A stretch of DNA of 64,000 bases from a virus (taxonomy: Duplodnaviria > Caudoviricetes), in the IMG/VR virus record IMGVR_UViG_3300020388_000009, one strand, 5' to 3'. The notes under the pieces were generated by a model. That model saw only the letters and a program-made list of their open reading frames with translations. It made no database searches and was not told the DNA's origin. Below are positions 38,183 through 49,412 of the stretch, piece after piece. The first letter of the stretch is position 1; each line of letters starts with the position of its first letter. The position numbers and the translations under genes were made by a program.

Positions 38183-38863
38183 TTATCTTGTACGAGTACG
38201 ATTGCCTCTATTTTTAATCGTCGATACGCTTAATTTTTTAACTGTTAAATCAATTGAAACTCTACCACCTGTTTCATTTCCAATAATTATTATAGTAGCT
38301 GTTTTATTTGAATCAAATTGTTCTTTTGCAATTACTTCAAATTCCATACCTTGTATAGTTACACTTTGAGCCGCCTCAGAATCTCCTATAAATTGAGGAA
38401 CTGATGCCGATGCTCCATCACCGCCAACTGTTTGAGTAGCTCTAATTTCAGCTACATCAGAATCTGATAATATTGCTGTATAACCAAATTGTCTATTACC
38501 ACCAGAAAAATTAACCGTATCAGGTTTAATAACAGTAGTTTGGTTAGATTGCAATGTTATAGCTGTTTGTCCTACAGATACTACCGGTATACGTGCAGTA
38601 CCTTTTGGTAATGTAACTAATTTATGTTTCATCATCTGTGTTTCATCTGGCAATGCTTCTAACATTGGTAAATTTTCTATTGCTGCACCATAAAATGCAG
38701 TACCACTAGGATGTTCTGGATTATATAAATCATAATCAATTTCATCATCTGCTAATGCAAATTGTGTAATTACAAATTCATCACGTCCACGTGCTAACAA
38801 TTCTCTACCTTTTTTTGTCAGAATTGCATCAATTGTTATTGAACTATTATTTAAATATCCCAT
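38183..38863 (-). CDS. Virion structural (baseplate) protein
   Basis: DAILTKKGRELLA...ITQFAL.DDE N-terminus resembles tail-collar fibre proteins. Confidence 0.65.
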   Translation of the reverse strand: MGYLNNSSITIDAILTKKGRELLARGRDEFVITQFALADDEIDYDLYNPEHPSGTAFYGAAIENLPMLEALPDETQMMKHKLVTLPKGTARIPVVSVGQTAITLQSNQTTVIKPDTVNFSGGNRQFGYTAILSDSDVAEIRATQTVGGDGASASVPQFIGDSEAAQSVTIQGMEFEVIAKEQFDSNKTATIIIIGNETGGRVSIDLTVKKLSVSTIKNRGNRTRTR

Positions 38864-38914
38864 ATCTTATCCTACTTTTTAATAAATATGCTTATTGGTA
38901 AATTTACCATGCCT

Positions 38915-41900
38915 TTACTCTACACGTAATGTTCCTACACCATCTGGTGGTGGCGTTTCATTATAAATTAATTGATTAGGATTAACAGAATACACTTCAA
39001 TAATTGGTTTAAAATCTAATTGAGGATATATTGATGCTTGGTTAATTCCTGGTCCGGTTATTTTACTACCTGCATATTTTTGATTTTCTGGCATTATGAA
39101 AACATCATCGCGATATGTTCCTGCCGCAGATGATCTGCTAAAATATTGTCCTACCGATGCACTTTCAGGTGAACTATAAAAAAATGTTTCAGTTGTGTAT
39201 ATATCACTAGTCCTAGAATTTAAAACAAATCCTTCATTAACAGACCCGGTATGGCTACCAGTTTGTGAAACTTGTACATTTATTAAATAATTGCTATCAA
39301 CATAACCATTCGACGCTGTTTGATATATCGATATTCCAGATATTATACTTTCATCAAATGATATAGAAGCTTCATAATTAATACTTTCTGCGCTTGAGCT
39401 AGGTATTTGTTCTGGTATTAATGCATCATACTGTGGATTGGTAAATTCTGGTTGTCTTACTAATCTAACTTTTGCTCTTTCAATTGCATGTGGTTCTACT
39501 AATAATCCCATGGCTTCATCTGCTCGTTCTGGTAATAATTGTTTCATTTGATCGAATAAAGCAAAATCAAATTGACTGAAAATTCTTATAAAAGCATTAA
39601 CATCATTTCTATCAGTATATTTTTTCCAGTATTCTTTTGAAAAAGAATCTAAATCAGGATAATCAATTTTAAATTGGTCTTCTGGATTTCCTATAAAATT
39701 ATCAACATCAACATCACCAGTTTGATTAAAAATATCTTTATTAATTTGATCTGCCATGGAATAGAATAAACCTATACGGTTTGTATCAATTGGAGCTCTA
39801 TCAAATCTAGAACGTTCTGCATTTTGTACCGGTGATAAATTATTAATTAATTGGTTATCTTCTAAACGTATTTTTTGTGATCTAGGTAAACTACCACCGA
39901 TTGATACACCTTGTATATAATACGTTTCATTAACTGGTACAAAGTTACCACGTATTTCACTGACAGGAGTTTGGAATCCGCTAGCGGATGCATATGTATT
40001 ATTTTGATCTGTAAATGGTGGTGAAAAATCTTGTATTGCTTGATTTGGATGACTCGATGTAAATCGATAATTACTAGGAGCTCCAGAACAATCGAATGTT
40101 TTTAAATCTGTACCAAAAGGATAATGTCGTATCAATGTATCAAATGATGAAGTAGGAGAAATGCTAGACACATACGAAGTTGGATTAAATGTATGTAAAT
40201 CAAAACTAACATCATTTACCACCTCGAGCCAACTTCGGTATTCTTGCATAGAACCAGTAAATGTACCAGGAAATATATTTGAATATCTATCATTATTTGT
40301 TATAGGATTTCCATTATAAATACTAGCACTATTAATAGGAGCTCCAAATGAAGCTGATAAAGTAGCTTTAACTGCATACGTATCAATGCCATTAATTTCT
40401 CCTCCTAACCGTAATATATGAGAATTTGTTCCATCTGAAGCTGATGCCCACATTTGATGTGTATCTACTGATGGTGTTAAATTAATACTAGCTGAATGTA
40501 CAATTTTATTTGTAATATAATCAGATGCTTGCTGACATCTAACAGTATATGTAGTATCGGTATTTGAACTAGTATTATATGTATCAATTCCAACACTTAA
40601 ATTCCAAAGATTACCATCATATACTGGAAAGTAATTTGTCATTGATGCGGATGCTTTACCAGCACCAGTCGGCATTACAAAATGTAGTCTTCCATATTTA
40701 TCACTTCCAGAATATGAACTAGTATATTGCAGCGCTATAGCCCATGATTGAATCGAATCATTAATACGATTACTCATTAAAGCCATATTCTGTTTTTTAT
40801 CTGGACGGAATCTTAATTCATGAGTTAATATTGGAATTTCACCTCTATCAATTCCCCATGTTCCGATACTACTTGAAACCCAATTATTAGGAATTTCTAA
40901 ATGTGCATCAGAATCAAAATGTAATGCATATACAAAACGATCTTCGATAATTGCCGGTACATCATCTGCAACTTTAGGACCTCCATATTCTCTTATAGAA
41001 AGTAAAGTCTGCGGGATACCATATATATTTAATAAAGCTTTTAAAGACCTTGTAGTACCTTTAGTTTTAAGTATATACGGTAAATTATTAACTATTCTAC
41101 GCCAAATATCAGTTGTAATTATTTCATCTGATTTAGAAAATAATGATCCAGTACTAGCAAATTGTCCAGAACCAGATGATACACCTAATTTATACTGCCA
41201 TAATGCTGAAGCTTGATTACCATCTGATAAATTCCATCCTAATGATTTCGCAACTTGATATAATACATGTTTATTTTGCCCTAATTCTGGATGTTCTTCT
41301 GGTTTATATATTTTTGATAAATTATTAATATATGAATATATAATATCATAATGATGTCCTATCATATTAACAAATAATTCATATTGAGAATTATTTTCAT
41401 CTCGCCGTATATGTTCTGGTATTGTTTTTTGTAACGAATTATTATTCTCTGAATCGTATAATGAAGCTGTAGCAGATACATTTGTATACCAATTGGTTGC
41501 CAATGGTGAAGTTGTAGTATGCAAAACATATTTACCATCAGATATATATTTAGGCCATGATGGAATACGATATAATTGTGATCCTATACGCCCACCTTCT
41601 ATTTCATATTCTTCCGATTCATACATTGTTTGATGCGTAAATAAACTAGACGTTGGTTCATGGTATAACCATCGTTCGAAACCATCAAATGATCCTATAA
41701 CATCATTTTTTCTATTAGTATTTATAGCCACATTATTTTGCAATGCAGAAATATCCGATCCAGAAGTATCGTTTAATATACTAATACGATTATCATAATA
41801 TTCAATTAATTCTAATTTATATTTAAAATTTGCAACACGTTCTTTAGCAGATGAAAACTGTATAAAATTATTAAGTCCGGAATAATCTATCCCTAATTTT

Positions 41901-42631
41901 ACACCTGATAAAGATCCGGAAAACATTTTATCAATAATATTTTGAGATGTAGCTGTATTTGCATTTAATAATGAATTCCATGATTCAAAATCTGTTTCTG
42001 TAATAGTACCATATGACGTTTCAATATTAAAGTTTGGTCCAAGTAATTCTGTATATGAATCAAAACCTTTATCTTCTGAACTTATAGTTATAGTATCATT
42101 AAATGTATCTGCAATTTCATCGACAATCCAAGCAGATTGGCCTTCTTCAATGTCTGCCGGTAACGGTTCTAATAATCGTATTATTAATTCATCATCAATT
42201 ACTATTTGATTAATAATTTTTACAAGTTGATCATCACCAAAATTTAATACGGGTTCTGCATCGACAGTTAAATTATCAACAAATTCTTGTAACATTCCGT
42301 CATGATTTTCAGGATCATCAACTACCACATGTTCAAGTTTTAATTCACGGCGATCTGGAGATATCTCTTTAAGGAATATCATTGGGAAATCTACAGAGCC
42401 TAATAATGGATTATATATGTTTATATTAACATCAAATTTTCCTCGACGAATATTAAAAGAATTTAAAACTGCATTATGATTTACAAGAAGTGTTGATGTA
42501 TCAAATAAATGATTTTCAATAACACCGCCTACAATATACCGAGGAGAATCTCCTGGTGTATAATAATGACATTCAACTATGCCATCTTTAATTAAAACAT
42601 CTTCTATATTATTTATGATATTTTTTGCCAT
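38915..42631 (-). CDS. Baseplate wedge protein (gp7-like)
   Basis: LPYILKTKGT..SLKALL..YG motif; 1238 aa; baseplate context. Confidence 0.65.
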   Translation of the reverse strand: MAKNIINNIEDVLIKDGIVECHYYTPGDSPRYIVGGVIENHLFDTSTLLVNHNAVLNSFNIRRGKFDVNINIYNPLLGSVDFPMIFLKEISPDRRELKLEHVVVDDPENHDGMLQEFVDNLTVDAEPVLNFGDDQLVKIINQIVIDDELIIRLLEPLPADIEEGQSAWIVDEIADTFNDTITISSEDKGFDSYTELLGPNFNIETSYGTITETDFESWNSLLNANTATSQNIIDKMFSGSLSGVKLGIDYSGLNNFIQFSSAKERVANFKYKLELIEYYDNRISILNDTSGSDISALQNNVAINTNRKNDVIGSFDGFERWLYHEPTSSLFTHQTMYESEEYEIEGGRIGSQLYRIPSWPKYISDGKYVLHTTTSPLATNWYTNVSATASLYDSENNNSLQKTIPEHIRRDENNSQYELFVNMIGHHYDIIYSYINNLSKIYKPEEHPELGQNKHVLYQVAKSLGWNLSDGNQASALWQYKLGVSSGSGQFASTGSLFSKSDEIITTDIWRRIVNNLPYILKTKGTTRSLKALLNIYGIPQTLLSIREYGGPKVADDVPAIIEDRFVYALHFDSDAHLEIPNNWVSSSIGTWGIDRGEIPILTHELRFRPDKKQNMALMSNRINDSIQSWAIALQYTSSYSGSDKYGRLHFVMPTGAGKASASMTNYFPVYDGNLWNLSVGIDTYNTSSNTDTTYTVRCQQASDYITNKIVHSASINLTPSVDTHQMWASASDGTNSHILRLGGEINGIDTYAVKATLSASFGAPINSASIYNGNPITNNDRYSNIFPGTFTGSMQEYRSWLEVVNDVSFDLHTFNPTSYVSSISPTSSFDTLIRHYPFGTDLKTFDCSGAPSNYRFTSSHPNQAIQDFSPPFTDQNNTYASASGFQTPVSEIRGNFVPVNETYYIQGVSIGGSLPRSQKIRLEDNQLINNLSPVQNAERSRFDRAPIDTNRIGLFYSMADQINKDIFNQTGDVDVDNFIGNPEDQFKIDYPDLDSFSKEYWKKYTDRNDVNAFIRIFSQFDFALFDQMKQLLPERADEAMGLLVEPHAIERAKVRLVRQPEFTNPQYDALIPEQIPSSSAESINYEASISFDESIISGISIYQTASNGYVDSNYLINVQVSQTGSHTGSVNEGFVLNSRTSDIYTTETFFYSSPESASVGQYFSRSSAAGTYRDDVFIMPENQKYAGSKITGPGINQASIYPQLDFKPIIEVYSVNPNQLIYNETPPPDGVGTLRVE

Positions 42632-43735
42632 TTATCTTCCTAATCGTCTCACGTTTCGAACTTGAGATACTACACGTTCCGGTAAATTATTACGATCTAT
42701 GAGTACTGATCTTCTTACATTAGGTTCAGATTGTTGACTAGAATTATTTGATACTAAATCATTCCAACCAGCATACTCATCATAATACAACTCAGATCCT
42801 TCCGGTTCATATGGCTGCATATATTCTAAATCAAATACTTCATTGTTTGTTGTATTAATATATCGTTGATATCTAGCAACTTGTACATAATCTGTATTAC
42901 TTATACCACGACGACCTCCTTCATCATATTCATAATGATTGAAATCATTCCAAACTGGCGAACTTAATCCATCATCTTGTAAATTAGTAATCACCCCTTC
43001 ATCGATCATTACATTTAATATTGAATTATCATCATACCAGTCTGCTGTTGCATCATAATCTAATCCTAAACCATTAATATGATTATAATATTCTAATGTG
43101 GTTGACTCTGGAAAAGGCCGCCCGTTCTGTGTAGTTGCATATGCAATAGATCTCCATTCACCGTAAATCATCATTCTTACAGATTCTACTATAATATCAG
43201 CATTAAAATCATTTAATACAATCATTTCGCCTTCATATTGCGCACGAAGTTTTTCTAAATATGTTTGTTTCTGATATACTTGTTCATCATAATCATTACC
43301 ATCAATATAATCTCCTGGATCTCTAAAGAATGGAAAAGCCGGCTTATAACCAGATTCAAAACGAATAACATTATTATATTCTGATAACCGGGATGCCAAT
43401 TCATTTAAATCATCATATATAAATTCATCTATATTTGTTTGAATACGTATTGCATTATATGTTAGTCCACGTTCTACTAACATTACCTCTAACGTTTTAT
43501 AATCAGGAATTAGTATAGGTTCTATATTACCAGACTTTAAAGCAATCTGAACTTCATTATTAATTAATGCATCATGGAAATCGCCAGATAATTTTACATC
43601 AGAAATAAATTCATCTGTACTTATATCGGTACCGACTCCAACTATAGTATCAAAAAATTCAAACTCTGAATCTAACTTACCTTGTATGCGAGTCTGTACT
43701 AATTTATATTCTCTATATTTCGATCGATCTATCAT
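42632..43735 (-). CDS. Hypothetical acidic protein in the baseplate cluster
   Basis: 367 aa. Confidence 0.6.
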   Translation of the reverse strand: MIDRSKYREYKLVQTRIQGKLDSEFEFFDTIVGVGTDISTDEFISDVKLSGDFHDALINNEVQIALKSGNIEPILIPDYKTLEVMLVERGLTYNAIRIQTNIDEFIYDDLNELASRLSEYNNVIRFESGYKPAFPFFRDPGDYIDGNDYDEQVYQKQTYLEKLRAQYEGEMIVLNDFNADIIVESVRMMIYGEWRSIAYATTQNGRPFPESTTLEYYNHINGLGLDYDATADWYDDNSILNVMIDEGVITNLQDDGLSSPVWNDFNHYEYDEGGRRGISNTDYVQVARYQRYINTTNNEVFDLEYMQPYEPEGSELYYDEYAGWNDLVSNNSSQQSEPNVRRSVLIDRNNLPERVVSQVRNVRRLGR

Positions 43736-44874
43736 TAATTAATAACCTTAAAATAAAAATCGTCAAATACTTGTATATCATCGCCGCCATCTCTTTCAAT
43801 CTTTAATTCTATTTGATAATATCGTTCTGGCATAAATGAATCCATTCTTAATTTAAAGAAACTACCATTTACATCACAGTCAATTTTAGTTCCTAATACA
43901 TCATATGAAATAATAGTTTCTTTAGTCTCAGTATCTAAAATTTTATAAAATGATGATGTAGGTAATCGTTCTCCAGTTAAATAATATGAGGATGTTACAT
44001 ATGTCTTTGATGGAAATTCTGGACGTACGCCTAATCTAAACTTCGCTATTTCTGATGTTTTATATTCTGATTTTATATTTTTAAAATATGGAACATATGA
44101 GTCGGATGTGATTTGAGCAGAAGATGTATTTGTAAATAATGTATTATCCCATATTACTTCTAATCTTGGTACAAAAATAGTATGCGATTCTCTACCAAAA
44201 AATTTAATTGAACCTAACACATCACCAGATAATTCATCATCCTTTGTACGTTTAATTATAAATCCATGATTAGAAATATTACCTTTAACCCAATTATTTA
44301 CTATATCAGTTACATCCATACGTATATCAGGTATCTGATTTTCAAATGATTGAGATGCTTCATATAATGAACCGGTAATCCATGTACCACCACCTAAATG
44401 TTTTTCAGTAGCTGATGGTTGCCAATTATATTGAGCAGACCCCGTTCTCCAATATGTTGCTTGATCTTTTGAGTTTCGATAATACCATGATGCACCATTT
44501 GTTGTTTTAGGAGTATCATTTTTATATCCATTTCCATTTTCCCATGATTGTGATATTGGAAATGCTTGTAAATTATATGTTTGTAACAAATCAGAAGCAT
44601 CTGACGATCTTAAAGATAGATATATAGAAGCAGATGTATTACCGGTACCAATTGGTGGAATTTTCCCATTAGTAACAGCTGTGGTTAAATTAGTAATTTC
44701 CGAACCAAAATCGATTAATATTCTAGAATTATATGTCTTGTTACGAATCTTACCTTCAATTTTAGAACCAGATACATTTTTTGTTAATTCTAAAATTTGG
44801 TCAATACCAGAATTTTGTTCTGGGTACCGTTCGTATAAAGTCGCATCCTTTTCTGCATAAAATATTCTATACAT
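43735..44874 (-). CDS. Virion protein with DNRLRE-like domain
   Basis: KDATLY..P..N.G, SRILIDF, MDVTDIV..W, N.GFIIK, FFGRE...PRLEV.W. Confidence 0.65.
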   Translation of the reverse strand: MYRIFYAEKDATLYERYPEQNSGIDQILELTKNVSGSKIEGKIRNKTYNSRILIDFGSEITNLTTAVTNGKIPPIGTGNTSASIYLSLRSSDASDLLQTYNLQAFPISQSWENGNGYKNDTPKTTNGASWYYRNSKDQATYWRTGSAQYNWQPSATEKHLGGGTWITGSLYEASQSFENQIPDIRMDVTDIVNNWVKGNISNHGFIIKRTKDDELSGDVLGSIKFFGRESHTIFVPRLEVIWDNTLFTNTSSAQITSDSYVPYFKNIKSEYKTSEIAKFRLGVRPEFPSKTYVTSSYYLTGERLPTSSFYKILDTETKETIISYDVLGTKIDCDVNGSFFKLRMDSFMPERYYQIELKIERDGGDDIQVFDDFYFKVIN

Positions 44875-44883
44875 TTAATCTCC

Positions 44884-46737
44884 TTAAGGTTTAATCACCC
44901 TTCCTTTTATATCATCATTTGGATATTTTATTTCAAATATACAAGGATCTAAAGAAGGATATAAAATATTATTTTTAATAGCTGATTTTACGTCATAAAT
45001 ATTTGAAGAATATACACCACCTACTTTATTTGTAAAATCAAAATCTACAACACTTTGTACGCCATTAACTTTATCAAGCGATGAAATCAGGCTAGAAATA
45101 TCAATCGGTCCATTTATTTGCATTCTTTCATTTGATAATAATGTTTTTAGTTTTGCAATACATGCAAGTATTACTTCATTACTGTTAAAATTAGGACGTG
45201 TAATAATTTCAAAGTCAACAGCTAAATTAATTATAAATGCTGTTTTACAATTTATAGCATCTGTTAACATACGATATTGTGATATATAAGTTCTTATATT
45301 CTCTTTAAGAGCCTGATTCGCTTCGACAAATTGACCGGACGTGTTATATGCTAACAAATATAAATTTAACGCATATGGATTATCAATTATATCAGATGGA
45401 TATGTTTGATCTGATACGTTAATTTGAGTATCTCCTACAATATATGCTTTTGCAACCGAACCAAATCGTGATGGCATGGCATATACTCTTGCAATATAAT
45501 CTTCTCTAGTAATTGCTCTATTTTGAGCCGCAAATGCTGCCATGGCATTTTGACGAATACTTTCGATATTATCTTTAGATTTCCCACCAGTTGCTGGTTC
45601 TGAATTTGTAACAGCAACTGATTGTTTTGAATCTGATAAATCTACTATATTTGTTTCATTTAAATATGATATAGAATTTATCTTTGTTATCGAATTAACT
45701 CCTACATTATCTGTTACAGCTCCTCCTACGGTATAACGCACTGTTAATGTAGTATTTGAAGGAGCTATACCATATGTACTAGTATATAAAAAATTAGTAG
45801 GATCAATCGAATCAGTTGTTGTTCTCTTAAGGTATTCTAATCCCATTCCAACATTTTTTGGATTAGGAATAATTTCTTCATCTAAATCAGAAGAAATGCC
45901 AGATCCGAATTGTATCTCTAAACGATTATCATCACGTAACCGAGTAATAAATCTTCTAGGTGTTTTACGCAGTTTTAAGATATAAGGTACAGTAGATCTA
46001 AATTTAGATAAAGTTGGATCATTAAATGGTATATTTGCAATATCTTCAAAAATAGTATCTTGTGCTAAATAATCAACGTTATACCAATTATTACCTGCAG
46101 AATCTATTATACTTACAATATCAATTACATTTGTATCTGGCAATGTTATTCGATCATATGGTTTAGGACTATCAAACGAAAATTCCAATTGTTTTATTTC
46201 ACCAGATTCAACACTAACTTGTTTCTTTAAAAGATATCGAGCAACATTTTTATCTCCATCAATTTCATATACAGATATTTCTGGATCATCGTTAAAATCA
46301 ATTGGCTGTACTGTTCTAAATTTTACACCTTCTTCACTTTCTAATTCCATATTAGAGTCAATTGATAAAGCATATGACATATCAGGCGCCGCATTTTCTC
46401 CGGAACCAGATGCAATTACTAATTGAAACACATCTAATTTAGATGTTGCTGGTGAATTTAATTTTGGTTTATATCCAAAAAGATGAGATAAAGCTAATAC
46501 ATTAGAATCTTCTTGCGCTGAATTTAGTAATGATTCGCGGAAAGATGTATCTGTATAGTATGATAATACATCACCAACATATGATGCCATTTCTATAAAC
46601 ATCATACCAGGAGAAGATTCGTTAAAATCTTGATATGTATCCGGAAAATAATTTTTTGCAAAGTTTATTAAATTTTGTCTAAACTGAGCAAAATCTTTAT
46701 TTAAATATTTCACATCTTTTTTAATTAAATCGCTCAT
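44884..46737 (-). CDS. gp6: Baseplate wedge subunit (T4 gp6-like)
   Basis: DF...RQNL, YVGDVLSYY.D, GYKP, QFGSG, Y..GG, AAQNRAITREDY. Confidence 0.85.
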   Translation of the reverse strand: MSDLIKKDVKYLNKDFAQFRQNLINFAKNYFPDTYQDFNESSPGMMFIEMASYVGDVLSYYTDTSFRESLLNSAQEDSNVLALSHLFGYKPKLNSPATSKLDVFQLVIASGSGENAAPDMSYALSIDSNMELESEEGVKFRTVQPIDFNDDPEISVYEIDGDKNVARYLLKKQVSVESGEIKQLEFSFDSPKPYDRITLPDTNVIDIVSIIDSAGNNWYNVDYLAQDTIFEDIANIPFNDPTLSKFRSTVPYILKLRKTPRRFITRLRDDNRLEIQFGSGISSDLDEEIIPNPKNVGMGLEYLKRTTTDSIDPTNFLYTSTYGIAPSNTTLTVRYTVGGAVTDNVGVNSITKINSISYLNETNIVDLSDSKQSVAVTNSEPATGGKSKDNIESIRQNAMAAFAAQNRAITREDYIARVYAMPSRFGSVAKAYIVGDTQINVSDQTYPSDIIDNPYALNLYLLAYNTSGQFVEANQALKENIRTYISQYRMLTDAINCKTAFIINLAVDFEIITRPNFNSNEVILACIAKLKTLLSNERMQINGPIDISSLISSLDKVNGVQSVVDFDFTNKVGGVYSSNIYDVKSAIKNNILYPSLDPCIFEIKYPNDDIKGRVIKP

Positions 46738-46751
46738 GAGTTAACCTTTCC

Positions 46752-47279
46752 TTAATATACTCTACTAATTTGTTGTAATTCTAATGACGGAGTTGCATCC
46801 GATACAGTAAAATCATTTTCTGATGCTAATATATTAATTACCATTTCTGAACCAATATTAGTTATTGTAAATTTTAACATAATTGATAATGCATGCATAT
46901 CAGTACTACTAGATATAACAACATCATTTACATTGATATATGGTAACCAATATTCAATATCTTCTATTAAACTATCTTTAAGAGTTAATCGCAAATCATC
47001 AACATTATTTTGAAAAAGAGTATCATAAATATTAGTACCAAAATTAGGTTGCATATATCGTTCACCTTTACGTGTTAACAACAAATTTTTTAAATTTGAA
47101 ACAACTTGATCTTGTGTAGTATATGATTGAGCAAATACTATACCACCAGCAATGCTGCCAGATGCATAATTCGAAGTAACAGGTTTTGATTTACTAGAAT
47201 TATTAAACGGTAACATAATACCGATAGCTACATCCGGTGATTCGTTACGTGGTTGGTATTTATATACTGGTCTAGCCAT
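46752..47279 (-). CDS. gp25: Baseplate wedge/sheath initiator (T4 gp25-like)
   Basis: NLKNLLLTRKGER.MQP.FG..I. Confidence 0.85.
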   Translation of the reverse strand: MARPVYKYQPRNESPDVAIGIMLPFNNSSKSKPVTSNYASGSIAGGIVFAQSYTTQDQVVSNLKNLLLTRKGERYMQPNFGTNIYDTLFQNNVDDLRLTLKDSLIEDIEYWLPYINVNDVVISSSTDMHALSIMLKFTITNIGSEMVINILASENDFTVSDATPSLELQQISRVY

Positions 47280-47731
47280 TATTTACCACGCTTTTTATCT
47301 ATAGCTTTCATTAATGCGGAATAATCTTTTGTCATAGCATTCATTGTGGATGCTACTGATTGATTATTCATATTAATTGCCTCTCCATTAATACCTGTCG
47401 TCGTTAATGGAGCAGTAGGTCCTGCATTCATACCAAAAGCATCTGCCATTTCAGATTTAAAATTCATCGTATTCCAATCTAATTGTTCCTGAGATGGAAC
47501 AGTATTAGCTGTTTCATTTAATAAATCATTTAACATTGAATTTTTTGTAAACTGTTTTTTAGCAATCGGACGATTTGGCATTGGATTTTCTGTAATTTCA
47601 GATAAATTCATACCATGGTTGATAATTTGATTATGGCTAACTTTTTGTTCATTCAATACTTCACGTACTGCTCCTCGAACTTCTTCTTTTATAATTTTTC
47701 GTAATAACTTTACAAATGATTTTGAGCTCAT
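47279..47731 (-). CDS. Hypothetical protein
   Basis: LLRKIIKEEVR..VREVLNE leader; late promoter at 47748-47755. Confidence 0.6.
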   Translation of the reverse strand: MSSKSFVKLLRKIIKEEVRGAVREVLNEQKVSHNQIINHGMNLSEITENPMPNRPIAKKQFTKNSMLNDLLNETANTVPSQEQLDWNTMNFKSEMADAFGMNAGPTAPLTTTGINGEAINMNNQSVASTMNAMTKDYSALMKAIDKKRGK

Positions 47732-47781
47732 AGTATTATCCTTTTTAATAAATATGTTACATTAATAAATTAGGTTGATAA

Positions 47782-48411
47782 TTAATTGAATTGATCTAAT
47801 CGTATTTGGTATTCATCTGTATCATATGATGTAATTTCACGCGTTGCTTGAGTAATAGATGATTGAACTGCAGATCTAACTTCTGTTTTAGCATTTAGAA
47901 TAATTTGATCAATATCTACTCCTTGATCTTTTGCTTCATCTTTAATCTTTTTTGAAAGAAATGGAATATTCCATGTAGGTATAGTAGTTCCAAATGGAGT
48001 AAAAATTGATTTACCTAAAGTCCAATTTATGTAAATAGCTTTTGCTAATGCATCACATAAAAATTTTTTGTCTTGTTTTAAATCACGTACAATATCATAT
48101 AATGGCTGAGTACCTTTAAGAGGAGGTGGAGCAATTCCAGTAAATAATCCAGTTGATATAGGAGACATTCCATTTGCATTTTGTTTAGCAAATGTATTTA
48201 CCGCATCTTCAATACCTTTAACTTTGCCATATATACGTGCTGAGTTATATGCACGCATTGCAGGAATGATACCAGTAGCCGCGCCTAATGTAGGAGGAAT
48301 AATAGTCAATGAGAATTTAGCCAGTACAATACCTAATTTTAGACCATTTAATGGACTATTATTATCTATTATTCCTTGAAGCTCAGCTGAAAGCCATGAT
48401 GGTTTATTCAT
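47782..48411 (-). CDS. Hypothetical protein
   Basis: 209 aa following the spike gene. Confidence 0.55.
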   Translation of the reverse strand: MNKPSWLSAELQGIIDNNSPLNGLKLGIVLAKFSLTIIPPTLGAATGIIPAMRAYNSARIYGKVKGIEDAVNTFAKQNANGMSPISTGLFTGIAPPPLKGTQPLYDIVRDLKQDKKFLCDALAKAIYINWTLGKSIFTPFGTTIPTWNIPFLSKKIKDEAKDQGVDIDQIILNAKTEVRSAVQSSITQATREITSYDTDEYQIRLDQFN

Positions 48412-49412
48412 TATTGTTTCATTAGTTTTATCTCTGTTAATATCTTTGCAAAGTCAGCAATGTTTATAGGTGGACCAGAAGGGCCAACACCAGTAGGATG
48501 TGTCATCTTAGTTATTGCAGTTACTAATGCTTCTAATTGAGTTACTAAATTATCAACATCTACAGACCAATTTGGAGTTGCTAACTTAATATCTTTTTTA
48601 GATGCTAATATTAATTCATCTTCTCGTGCATTAAATATTAATCGATTAGATGATATAATTACTTGAGGGTTTTTATACGAAGATAAAGGTTTAGTTTTTT
48701 GACCAATTTTTTGTTGAGCCAATTTTAAATTATTTATTTTTTGCGTTGAAGATAAATAAATTAAACTTGCATCTTTATCCGGATTTTCTATGGTGTAATA
48801 ATCATCTTTTGTAGCACCGTCAATACCACATGTCAATGCAATAAACGGGTCGCCTACTGTTGATCCTTCCCATATAGGAGATTGTAAATATTTATCTAAC
48901 TTTTTATGAGTACTAGAAAATCTTAATGATGATCCAAATCTGCCTTGTAATATTGTATCTCCTTGATATGGTTGTATAGTAACTATATCTTTTTCTTCAA
49001 ATGATATCTGTTCTGGCTTTTTTGATTTAGAAGTAGAAGATATTCCAGATGTGGAATATGAATTTGATTTAGCTTTAGTATCTTGAATAAATGGCATAAT
49101 GCCATTATTAACTTGGCCATGTGTATTTACATATGGTAAATAATAATATTGTTCTTTTTTTGTATTAGGAGTTTTACCATCAATGGCAGAAAATATAATT
49201 ACTTGTTCACCATATAATGGTACATTTAAATAATTTGGATTTGCTGGCAAAGCAATTACTTCGCTAGCTAATGCAGTTGTTGAACTACGTAATCGCACAC
49301 GTACAGATCCAGGAAGTAAATCTATATTATTTTTATCCTGAAATTTATCATATTGAATTTTATCATCTGTCTGTACTACTTGACCGATCTGTAGATTTAT
49401 ATTGTTCGGCAT
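48411..49412 (-). CDS. Baseplate hub/central spike (gp5/gpV-like)
   Basis: N-terminal OB-like P..GE.V, GD.ILQGRFG.S.R, C-terminal HPTGVGPSGPP. Confidence 0.7.
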   Translation of the reverse strand: MPNNINLQIGQVVQTDDKIQYDKFQDKNNIDLLPGSVRVRLRSSTTALASEVIALPANPNYLNVPLYGEQVIIFSAIDGKTPNTKKEQYYYLPYVNTHGQVNNGIMPFIQDTKAKSNSYSTSGISSTSKSKKPEQISFEEKDIVTIQPYQGDTILQGRFGSSLRFSSTHKKLDKYLQSPIWEGSTVGDPFIALTCGIDGATKDDYYTIENPDKDASLIYLSSTQKINNLKLAQQKIGQKTKPLSSYKNPQVIISSNRLIFNAREDELILASKKDIKLATPNWSVDVDNLVTQLEALVTAITKMTHPTGVGPSGPPINIADFAKILTEIKLMKQ

